From: Lepidodermella squamata
Lineage: Eukaryota; Animalia; Gastrotricha
Direction: 5' to 3'
Assembly: GCA_047495785.1 (NCBI GenBank)
Contig: JBLDXI010000004.1
Coordinates: 2,542,001-2,606,000 of the forward strand
DNA length: 64,000 nucleotides
In this document: positions 1 through 10,366 of the stretch, piece by piece
Position numbering within the stretch: position 1 is the first letter of the stretch
How the letters are laid out: every line of letters starts with the position of its first letter
Notes under the pieces: generated by a model
Told to the model about the DNA's origin: nothing
The model's database searches: none
What the model saw: only the letters and a program-made list of their open reading frames with translations
Position numbers and translations under genes: made by a program

Positions 1-546
1 TCGATGGGCAAGTCGATGTACGCGAAAAAGGGGAAACCCGATTCCAAAAAAGCGGTTTGTAAAACTGGCCATGGCCGAATTCAAAATGGCCCTTGCAAAA
101 CAAAAAACTGAAACGGCTGAGGGAGAAGATGATGATGACGTAGATGAACCTGATAATTAAGATAATTTTTTAAAGGCGCGGCTCGTTAAGAGGAAAATAT
201 GAGCATTCCTGATGGTCGGAACATCACCTTCTCTATCACCTGAAAGAATTAAGACGAAGAAAGTTTAATCATCAACACTAGCTGATACATACGAATTTTA
301 ACTAGCAGTAGTAAATAAAGCTTTAGATTTCATTGACGTATTATTTTTTGCATCTCATGAAAAAAATGAGACGCCAGATCTGGCACGCGCCACGCTTGCT
401 GTTGCTTTTGGACTATAAATAGCCTCATATTATTTGACGGACACACTGTAGTGAAACATCTGCAAAATTTTCTCGCTTCGCTCGGTTATCCGCCAAAATA
501 ACTAGTAATTTTGGCAAATACAGCAAAAAAATTGTTTCCATCCCTG
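1..546. mobile_element. Probable right end of a hAT-like DNA transposon, with a C-terminal ORF remnant at 2-160
   Basis: Ends in TTGTTTCCATCCCTG (reverse complement CAGGGATGGAAACAA, a hAT-like terminus). An open frame RWASRCTRKRG...EDDDDVDEPDN* runs in from the window edge. The other end is not visible. Confidence 0.3.
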
Positions 547-2121
547 GCAGCTCGAGGATCCAAGATCGCACCCTGCCAGGAGCAGAGGACAGTAACGAGG
601 TCTACAGATTGATACGCACTATTATAATTCCTCTTATTCAATCCGGCTTGAGATTAACACGAATTAACAATCATAATTATTTAGTCGGATTTTTCAGGAA
701 GAAGAAACTAGCTTGCAACGACTTGTTATCTAGCATTCTCTCAGAGGCTCTGGCCGGAGCTGAAACAATTGAAACTCGTACTCTCAAACGTGATATGATA
801 AGCCGAGTCAAACTCCAAGGCCTTGCTAGATCCGACATTTTGGGCAACGGAGCGAAAACAAAGGATGGCGGCTATAGCCAGCTTGTGATTACCTACCTGC
901 CTTGCTAATTATCTTTCTTTTAAATTTTAAATGAAGTAATGAAAGCTTGAACTTCAAACATAAACTTTTGGATAATCTCTCTTGCGCCGAGCTAATGTAA
1001 CGTTGAAGTAAAAACGTTGGAGGATGTTTTGGTTTTGTCGACTAAATAGTTAAGATAGTGAATTCGTTCAATTTATACATTTTATTTAGTCGATGTGTCT
1101 GGTCACCATATGTCTGGTGCATTAACTAGAAGTGGAATTGGGATGGGCTGGGTTGGTTTCAGTGTGCCAAGTGAGATTCTATATAGCTGAGGCATTTTCT
1201 AGAGCCCATCCGATGAAACCAAAAGCTTGAAAAGCTTAACCCACATTTAAATAGTTAATAGCTGAATAATTTAAATAGTACGGTACAAATAGTTAAGAAC
1301 CCTTTTATCAAAGCGTCAAAAAATCCTTACAAAATTAGCGATAGTTCTCCCATATTCAGTTGTTATTCTGAAAATTTATTCTTTTAGGAAGAATTATTCA
1401 CAAATTTTTAAATAATGTTTTCGATTTTTGGCATCGCTGCATGTGGCTTGAGTTGATTCTTTGAATCTTCAAGAATCATTTTCATATCAGTAATACCTTT
1501 TAGAAATTATCACCCCATTGCCCAAGATTGGCAAATTTCGCCGCATAATGGAGAAAAGCTGTGTGTTTTAATAAAACAGATTGTTTTCATTCATCGTTTT
1601 CGCATGAAAAAAGTAGTCTCGATTCAGCCATTTTTTGCTCCCGTTCGATATCGAGGAGTGTCGGGTCCATCTACTATTTTCATCAATCGATAACCGACAT
1701 TGTAGGTGGTGCTTTGCATAGCGAACTCAATGATGGATTACAGCCGCCATTTCAGGGATTTTTGCTACCCCGGCTATATGTGGTGAGGTCGGTTATTTGA
1801 GGAGTTAATGTTTCATAATTTTCACCATACATTAGTCCAAACGTCGAGTGATTTAATAGAAAAAAAAATCTCCATAAATTGTCGGTGCATTCCGCAGAGT
1901 ACGATAGCTGCGAAGGTTCGTAAGATGGGTGTTTTTTTTTTATAGTTTTTGCAGTGTTTCTCTGCTGATTTTTCAAGCACATCCCGTTATTGTCCTGTAC
2001 CGAGCCGTGAATGTCGTGTGCCAAAAACCAGCTGCTTAATCATTCAAGATATGTTTTGGTCGGAGCAATGTTTTCGAGCATGAAGTCATCAACAGTAAAC
2101 AGTTCGAATTGTTTTTTCGTG

Positions 2122-2136
2122 CAGCGTGGGATAATG
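2122..2136 (+). promoter_or_regulatory. Cluster-conserved upstream motif CAGCGTGGGATAATG (gene A)
   Basis: Same motif recurs ~55-90 bp upstream of the ATG in 8 paralogous loci. Confidence 0.6.
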
Positions 2137-2209
2137 TTGGTACATGATCTTTCATGCTTCGGATTATTAGACACACGAAGCTACTAGGAGGAATTTTATT
2201 TTCTGGGCC

Positions 2210-5182
2210 ATGTTTTTTCTGCTCGCTTTTGTGAGCTCTCTCATAACCCCGGCGCAATTTGCCTGCCCGGCGCCTTCCTGCACAATAACACGTAAGATCA
2301 AAATAGCCAAGAGAAAAGGTATTAAAGTTATTTCTCTATTGTTCCTATCAGCGACTTGCCCTCCTGGTTACACTTACAATGCATGCTACGACAGTTGCTA
2401 CCTGTGGAGCACGTAAGTTTTTGTTCAAAGCGAAACACGTTTCAAGCAGCGTCGAAGATGGACCTTTCGCTGAGAGGGGGATAATGATTTTAGTTGAGGA
2501 ATCGTTGCAAATATCCGTATGAAAGAACACTGTCAACATCGAAGTCGATATCTATATCATATCACATAAGGTGGCTCGACTGTATCAAAAACAATTTGAG
2601 GCGTGTGGGAATCCAAAATTTAGTGGATGCGGAGGACCTAACGAAGGACAGAAATCGGTAGATGAATTTGATACTCATTCGCGTGGGATTTTGTATATTT
2701 GTCTCATTTATGGAAAATGATTTGGGTTTGACCAGGATCGATTACCTAGACTGCGGTCAATGTATCTAATTGCTGGAATAGCCTGCATGCTGATATGAAT
2801 GAATATAGTTACACGTTATATTCCTAGTCTGGGCTCAGTCTTTTGAAGGTTTTCGCATTTTGCATAATTTTTCCGACAAGCTTAATTTCCCACAGGAATA
2901 CTCTGTCTTATATGGCGGCTCTGCAGCAATGCATGGCAAACGGGGCTCATTTCTTTGTTCCAAACACTGAAGACGAATTCAAATATGTTGTGGGAATGGC
3001 TGATCGAACTGCCATGTACTGGTTCGGCCTGCAAGACTGGGCGTCACGCGGGGCTGGCAACAACGCCGGGCAATGGGTCTACGGCAACAACTACACAAAA
3101 GACCCAGATGGGAAGTGGTACTTCATGGACGAAACACCCACTTACATCACAACAGCGAATTTAGTAACCCAACCTAACTCGACCAGAATCGAGCCTGGTC
3201 CTTATAGCTGGTTACCTTGGGGTGCAAATGTCGCAACTGGCAATTTTCTCGCCGCATTAGCATACACTTCTTATTGGGGGTCTTACGCTTTTGTCAACTA
3301 TCAACTGACTATTAACTACATTTGCGAGGTCTCGAAAGTCTGCTCAACTTGCGCAGCTGGTTTCACGCGCTACCTATCCAATTGCTACTTGTATCGAAAT
3401 GACTCTTTAGACTACTACAGCGCGAGTGGGATATGCAGTGCGGCTAACTACGGAGCTGGTACGACCCTATGGACGCCCCGCCGCTGGCATTCGATCATTT
3501 TCGCGAGATTTCTAGCCGTGGCTGTTGGTTGGCCTCTAACAATAGGGCTAACTTCATTGGATCCGCCTTATTCCTGGAAATGGGCTGATAACGTAACTGT
3601 CTCGTTGTCTGATAATTTCGATATTCCGCCATTCACAATTCGATATGGCACGTATGTCGATACAGTGATTCGAATAGTGCCTGATACCAATTTAGCGAGT
3701 TTATCGGCTGTGTATGACGGTTTTTCGAATTTGACCTCGGGCTGGCGGGGCATTAATTCGGCAGAATTGCCGAACTGGACGAATCGATATGTTTGCCAAC
3801 AACCTGCTACATCAAGACTAGCGCAAACAACTCTAGCACCAACTACATCAACGGAATCAACAACAGTGACGACCACTACTTCTGCAAGCTCATCAACGGC
3901 ATCATCTACAGAGGGAATCACTACTACTGCAAGCTCATCGACAGCATCAACAACAGCGACGACCACTTCTACTGCGACTACTACGACAGCATCAACAGCA
4001 GCGACTACTTCAACTACGACAGCTGCGTCAGATTCTTCATCCACATGCACAACAACTTCTAAGAACACTGAAAGTTCTTCGACCACGTTATCAACCACTT
4101 CAAGCTCTTTGGCAACCGCAACTTCTTCGGTAACTACGCGGGCTACGTCGGACTCATCGTCCATGCCTACTACAACGGCTACAGCAATGACCAGTTCATA
4201 CAAGACTTTAGTGACTTCGCAGCTATCGACGACGGCTGCGAGTCGGGGCTATTGTGGCGATGCAATTTTGCAAGAGAGCCTCAACGAGGAGTGCGATGAT
4301 GGGAATACAGTATCGAACGATGGATGTGACCCTGATTGTAAATTCGAAGGTGAGGTATTTTAAGAATTCTTTTGAAAATTGGGAAATGAAAAATGGGACT
4401 CTAAAAATATGGGTGAAAAACCATATTCCTTGGGGCATTTGGCCTTGTATTATCAAGAATAAATTATTATCAAATTTAACTAAAGCACTTGAAGCAAAGC
4501 TGGATATCTATTTCACGATCGATTGCTCCCGCTCGCTCCACATGACGCACCTTCCAGCACTCAGTGGTCTTTTGAAGATTCTTACGAAACAAATTGTTCT
4601 CGTTGCCAGGTCAACGCAGGTTTGTATCATTGTCGTGTTAAAAAATTGTAGGCTATGATGCAATGACAGCTTGGAGTTATCGTTTTTGGTGGCCGCGTCT
4701 CGGGCATACGAGCTGTGACTCTTGCGAAAGGCAGCTCATTATTCGCAGACTCCATTTCAATTGATTCATTCTACAGTAAACTCCCCTACTTTGAAGGCCC
4801 TGGAAATGTCTCGAATGCGCTCAACAGACTTATGGATCCAGCAATTTTCAGTCCGGATGGTCGGTTGATTTTACTTCTCCATTTCAAACCAAATTGTAAT
4901 TTTGTTTCAGATGGATCACGATTAGATGCAACATCAGTTGCCGTAATTTTCACCACATCCCCGAGCTCTGACGTTTCAGCCTTAAAGAGTCAATTGAGTT
5001 ACCTAGCGTCGGCAAAGCGGCACGTAATTTTGGTTCAATTGAGAGAGAACTTGGAGCTCGATAAACAGGCAGCGAAATTCACTGCTCACGGGTTCTCCGT
5101 TATCAAAGTTAAAAATTGGAATCACTTGATGGCCTATGCTCCAGCCATACTGCATGAACTTCAAAATATTGCCCAAATGTGA
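2210..5182 (+). CDS. Gene A: secreted SP-CTLD-CTLD-mucin-MyxoCys-vWA protein; exons 2210-2291, 2352-2412, 2896-4349, 4486-4619, 4670-4859, 4911-5182
   Basis: GT-AG joins keep the frame. Hydrophobic signal peptide; CTLD motifs CPPGY..SCY..A.QQC..YWFGL..YICE and C..GF..NCY..IGL..WKWAD..YVCQ; S/T-rich stalk; [19 protein letters not shown]; vWA LDIYFTIDCSRS. Confidence 0.85.
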
Positions 5183-6221
5183 TAAGTGAAAATGAGTCTA
5201 CTAAAATGAGAGTCTCGGGTTCGAGTGAAGAAATTGATGACGAAAATGCTGTCCGAGATTTTTATTGAACATTCTCATTTTTTTAAAATTGCATTTTACA
5301 AGAGTTGAGGTTGGGAGGCAGCATCCTATGAAAAGGTTTTGTCGGCATTTTTTAGCAGGGAATTAGCTCAATAACCCGCCGTCAACAGGGAAATTCGACT
5401 TAGCGCCCGCAGAGGAGGTCTTATCCGCCAACTTATCCACGCGAAACTATGCTATGCCGAGATTTGGATAGCTTCTCTTGCGAAGAGCTAGTCAGCCCGG
5501 GAAACGGTGAAGTAAAAAATTGGAGGATATTTGTCGCCTAAAAAATCAAGATAATTTGTGCATTTGATATAGTACGTTAACCAGAAGTGGAATTGGGTTG
5601 TGTTGGGTTGGTTTCAGTGGACTTATTAGGATTCTGAAGGTAAGGAGCCAAGGCGATAAAACCAAAGGGTCCCACTGTGGCTTTTTCAGTCCTCATGTGG
5701 TTGACATCTCGAAGCTGGAGTATCCCATTGTAAAAAAATCGTAATTATCCGTAATACATTCGTGACCCTGATGATGACAGCTTTACTTGTATGATGACGC
5801 CTATAGGATGACGCATTACCAAGGCTTGCGAAGCCAGTACTCTCAGAAATCGATCGATCGATGCATTAATAGCTCAAAAACTCGTATCTACTGAGGAATG
5901 AGGAATCGAGGTGCTTTGGTTGATCTAGAAAGATTGAGTGATGACATCCGCGCCTAGATACTCGATATCATAAGCTGCTCTTCGAAATTATTTGAATTTA
6001 TAGTCTAAATGTCGCAGCTCCACACAGTCTCAGCGATCGCCGGGTTACGAACCCCGGTTTGAGGAGCCGTGCCAAATGGGCTAATGTCAAGAGCTTACCG
6101 AGGTGCTAATGGCGTCGCTTGACGCCAAACGTTCTAGAACTAGGAAAGCACTCTCCATTGTCACGGATTGTTTATTTATTAATGCTTTGTTTTCATTTTT
6201 GAAAGTATAGCCAATTTCGCC

Positions 6222-6236
6222 CAGCGTGGGATAATG
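6222..6236 (+). promoter_or_regulatory. Cluster-conserved upstream motif CAGCGTGGGATAATG (gene B)
   Basis: Exact copy upstream of ATG 6298. Confidence 0.6.
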
Positions 6237-6297
6237 AACAGCGTCATCCCAACAGAGCCCCGAATCATCAGAGTCACAATTTAGCGACAATTGTTCT

Positions 6298-8456
6298 ATG
6301 ATGGTTATCCTCCTTATTTTTGTGAGCTCATTTTTGACTCTAGCAGAGTCTGCTTGTCGAGCATCTTCTCCCACAATGACGGCGCTAGCAATATCTTTGT
6401 TTACTACTTGGACTATAGTTACTTCGCAGAATACAACGGGACTACTAACATCAACGTTGGCTGGTGGCTATTGTGGAGATGGCATTGTGCAGGCCAATCT
6501 CAACGAGGAGTGTGATGATGGGAATACGGTACCGAATGATGGATGCGATTCGGCTTGTAAGTTTGAAGGTAAGGGCGAAACAATTCGTTCTCATTCACTG
6601 CTACTTTGTTTGCATTGAATAGCCTCATGTGGAAACTGCACTAGTCCAAACCAGCAATGCCTGCCGAACAACACGTGTACTTGCATGGCTCCTTCGCAGC
6701 AATCGTGCCAGCCGCCCAGCAACTGCAGCATTCTGGTGATTCGGCCTGTTTTTCAAATCGCAGGCTGTAACGCTCTTTGCCAGCAAAATGACTACGCATT
6801 TAGCTATCCCGAACCCGATCCGGAACTGAACCAAGACTTCCAGTGGAGGAGGATAAGCGGCCTGACAGGAAATTGTACTTCTTTCGAATCGGTCAGCAGG
6901 CCGAACTATGTCTTACGTCACTCCAACTTCAGGCTCTTTCTCACTTGGAACAATGGAGATCAGTGGCTCGCTCTTGATGCGACGTTCTGCGAAAGGCCTC
7001 GAGTATCTGGGGTTAGCTACGAGGCTGTAAACTTCCCTGGGTTTTTCATCCATGTCGATGCGAACAACGAAATTTACCTTCGTCAGAATGATTTTTCACC
7101 AGATTTCGCGTCTCGTTCAACTTTTTATGAAACAGCTGCTGGTAGGTTGATAGAGCGTTTTCATTTATATCTTGTTTGACCTCCTCAACTACAGAACGGG
7201 CCACAACCACTGCAAGCACCTCAACTTCAGTGACTACTACAAATTCGGTGACTACAACAGTTTCCTCGACTCTCACATCAACTACAACAGCGGAAACAAC
7301 GACTAGTTCTTCGATTACTGCAAGCTCGCCTACAACGGTGACTACGTCAAACACGGTAACTACGGAAGCTACGCCAGTTACTTCGACTACTTCCACTACA
7401 ACAACATCCGCAACAGCAAGCAGTACTTCGGATTTGACTACTTCCAAGAGTACAACGGAACAATCGACGACAACGATTGCCGTGAGCTATTGTGGAGATG
7501 GGATAGTGCAAGCAAATCTTAACGAGGAGTGTGATGATGGGAATACGGTATCGAATGATGGATGCGATTCGGCTTGCAAATTTGAAGGTAAGAGCCAGAT
7601 TCCCAGGAAGTCTAAATTGAATACCTTGTTGAAGAAAAACCCATGTTGTAAACCTGCAGCACATGCGAGCTGCACAGCTTCATAATACCCTGCCCAGTAT
7701 CTATGGAGTTACTAAAACGATTTTTTTCAATATTTTAGCACTGAATGCGAAGCTAGATATCTATTTTGCGATCGACTGTTCCCGTTCAATTCCCATGACG
7801 CACCTTCCAGCACTCAATAGCTTTTTAACAGTTCTTACGAAGCAAATTATTCTTTTTGCCGCATCGACACAGGTATGTGCCATGCCAATAAAAATGGGAC
7901 TTCGACCTTAAATCATGAACATATTTGAGCAGCTTGGAGTATTTCTGTTTGGTGGCCGTGTTGTCGGCGGACACATCCTCACTCTAGCAGATGGCAGCTT
8001 ACAGTTCAAAGACTCAGTTTCGATTGGTTCTTTATACAAAAAACTGACATACTTCGAAGGCCCGGGAAACGTCTCTAATGCGCTAAACAGACTTATGGAT
8101 CCGGCGTTTTTTAGTTCAAAAGGTCGGTTAATTCTGGGGAATTTGACAACTATATTTTCCTAACTTTATTTTCAGATGGATATCGGATTGATGCTGAAGC
8201 AGTTGCTGTGATTTTCACCGCAACCCCGAGCTCTGACCTTTCAGCCTTAGAGAGTCAATTAAGTTACCTGGCGTCGGCAAAGCGGCACGTAATTTTGGTT
8301 CAATTGCCGTCTGCCTACAAACATCAGAATTTAGAGCTCGATAAACAAGCAGCAAGAATTACTGCTCATGGCTTCTCAGTCATCAAAATTGAGAACTGGA
8401 AAAACTTGATGGCGTATGCTCCAGCGATATTACACGAACTTCAAACAATTACGTAA
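6298..8456 (+). CDS. Gene B: secreted SP-MyxoCys-Cys linker-AbfB/CBM42-like-mucin-MyxoCys-vWA; exons 6298-6568, 6623-7141, 7195-7587, 7739-7872, 7933-8122, 8176-8456
   Basis: Frame-preserving GT-AG joins. AbfB-like [26 protein letters not shown]...DATF...[15 protein letters not shown]; vWA DCSRS. Confidence 0.85.
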
Positions 8457-9002
8457 ATTTGATCACCAATTATTTGAAGTTCAACGAATGAATTAGAATG
8501 AAAACATATGGAATAATTAAAAAAATAAGTTCCGAATATATAAAATAATGACAAACGCTCTAAATTCGAAAGGAGCATCAAAATCTCTCGCGTTCTGCTT
8601 CAATAATGTATGAAATGCGACCGTTTCTGATCAACAGCGACGGATTACTGACGACTGACGATAAGTTATTGTACTAGGTCAAGTTGAAGCTGATCCGTGC
8701 TTCAAATAACAGAATTCAAACCATTTGCTATTTTGCAGCGCTATCACAATAGCCATTTAAAACGTCCTAATTGTTTCGAGCTTAAGGTATCGAGGTGCCA
8801 ATCTAGGTCTCCAATCGTTCTAGATTTCGCTAAGCACTTCATCAGCTGATAAGATTCATCATCAGACATGTATTGTTTAGTTATTCATATGACAATCGAT
8901 TTCTAATTGTACTGCTTTATGCCAGCGTGGGATATTGCAGGCAGCAGGCGTTATCCCAAGCGTCGAATCATCTGGGTCAGAAAAAGCGAAACCGAATTTT
9001 CT

Positions 9003-9185
9003 ATGATAGTTTTCCGCTTTATTTTTATGAACTCTCTGGTAGCACCAGCGGAATTTGCTTGCGCCTAGATTCTTCTTGTACAATAACGCGTAAGATTACA
9101 AAAATGAATAACTCAAAAGCTGTTTTACCATTCGTCACAAACAGCGACTTGCCCTCCCGGTTACACTTACAATGCTACAGCATGC
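9003..9185 (+). pseudogene. Relic of CTLD-type gene exons 1-2
   Basis: Homologous signal exon with in-frame TAG, conserved intron and truncated TCPPGYTYNA exon; preceded by CAGCGTGGGATATTG at 8923-8937. Confidence 0.75.
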
Positions 9186-10366
9186 TATCAAGTAGAGCCT
9201 AGATGCAATCATTTGCCTCCGATATTTTGCCGTAACTTCAAACTTAATCAAACTTAATTGGCAAGTTGTCGGCTTTCGTATCCACCGGTACTAGCTATTG
9301 AGCTGCAATTCACATCTGCAGTTGAGCTACTGCTATCTTATGGAGCCTCGGCCAAGTTCCCACTGTGGTCTGATATTACCTGCATTTCCCCTCTCGCCAA
9401 GGCCCATCGAAATTCGCCCAGCCTACTTCTGAGGTTCGCTAAGCAATAACGTGATTATAAAGATGACTCTTGCGAGAAAGCTGATACTATGAAAGCTTTG
9501 ACAAAGCAAAACAAGCGGTTACCTGCTATACCTGAATTTAGACTTCATTCCATTCGTTAGCGAGTGCAACGAGGAGGGGGCTGGGTCTCTAATCGAAGCT
9601 CTTGCTTATTATAGTGTCGAAACGTGGTTCACAGAATGCTGCGCACTATTATTATCGCTCTCATTCAGGTTGAGGTTAACGCACAATCATAATGGGTTGA
9701 TCGAATTATTCAAAGCGAAGAAATTAGCCTGCGACGTATTGCTATTTTGCATTTTCTTCGAGGCAACTCGAGGCAATTCAGAGAACGACAGCTCAGCCTC
9801 TATTCAAATATTGAATTGTCGTCAAAGCTATAGGTCGAATAGCTTTGACAATTCAATATTTTACGGTATGACATTCGTAAATGTATCTGAACTTGCCGTA
9901 CTGGATTTACTCACCGCAACTCGCCGATTCGTAAATCTCGGACGGCTCCGTACAGATATGAGCTCTTTACTCATGTTTTATCATATGAAAATACTTAGCC
10001 CTATTACCATGCGAGTGGAGCGAGCCAGCATGTAAGCCAGACTTTGTAGCCAAAAGGCTGAGTTGTCGCGATATTATTATAATTAATAAAAGGCTGAGAT
10101 GTCGCAAAATGAAATAATATTCGTCAAGTTGTCAGCAGTCGTAAAGGACTCAAATGTCTGTGGACCGGCAAACCAACAACAGTTCGGTCCTGAAATTAAA
10201 TCAGGCGGAATTTTGCAGGTAACAGCGCGCCGCTGGGATATCACCACTTCATAAGCGCGAGTATTTTGGTAGTTTTAACTTTTAACAAATGATGAGACAA
10301 CTTTTTTACTTTTATAATCTGAACAAATGTTGAGTCAATCCGACTAGATTTATGTTCGGCGGCAGG

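Noticed and set aside
615-1220. Blocks repeated at ~5475-5660 and ~9640-9780
   Set aside because: Degenerate duplicated intergenic DNA from tandem duplication; no coding or RNA structure evident.
3568-4203. Long Val-rich minus-strand ORFs (also 24765-25379, 37621-38085, 41000-41683)
   Set aside because: Antisense shadows of Ser/Thr mucin codons; no independent gene signals.
2896-4349. Diversity-generating retroelement acting on CLec-fold domains
   Set aside because: No reverse transcriptase or template repeat is present, and differences between copies are not adenine-specific.
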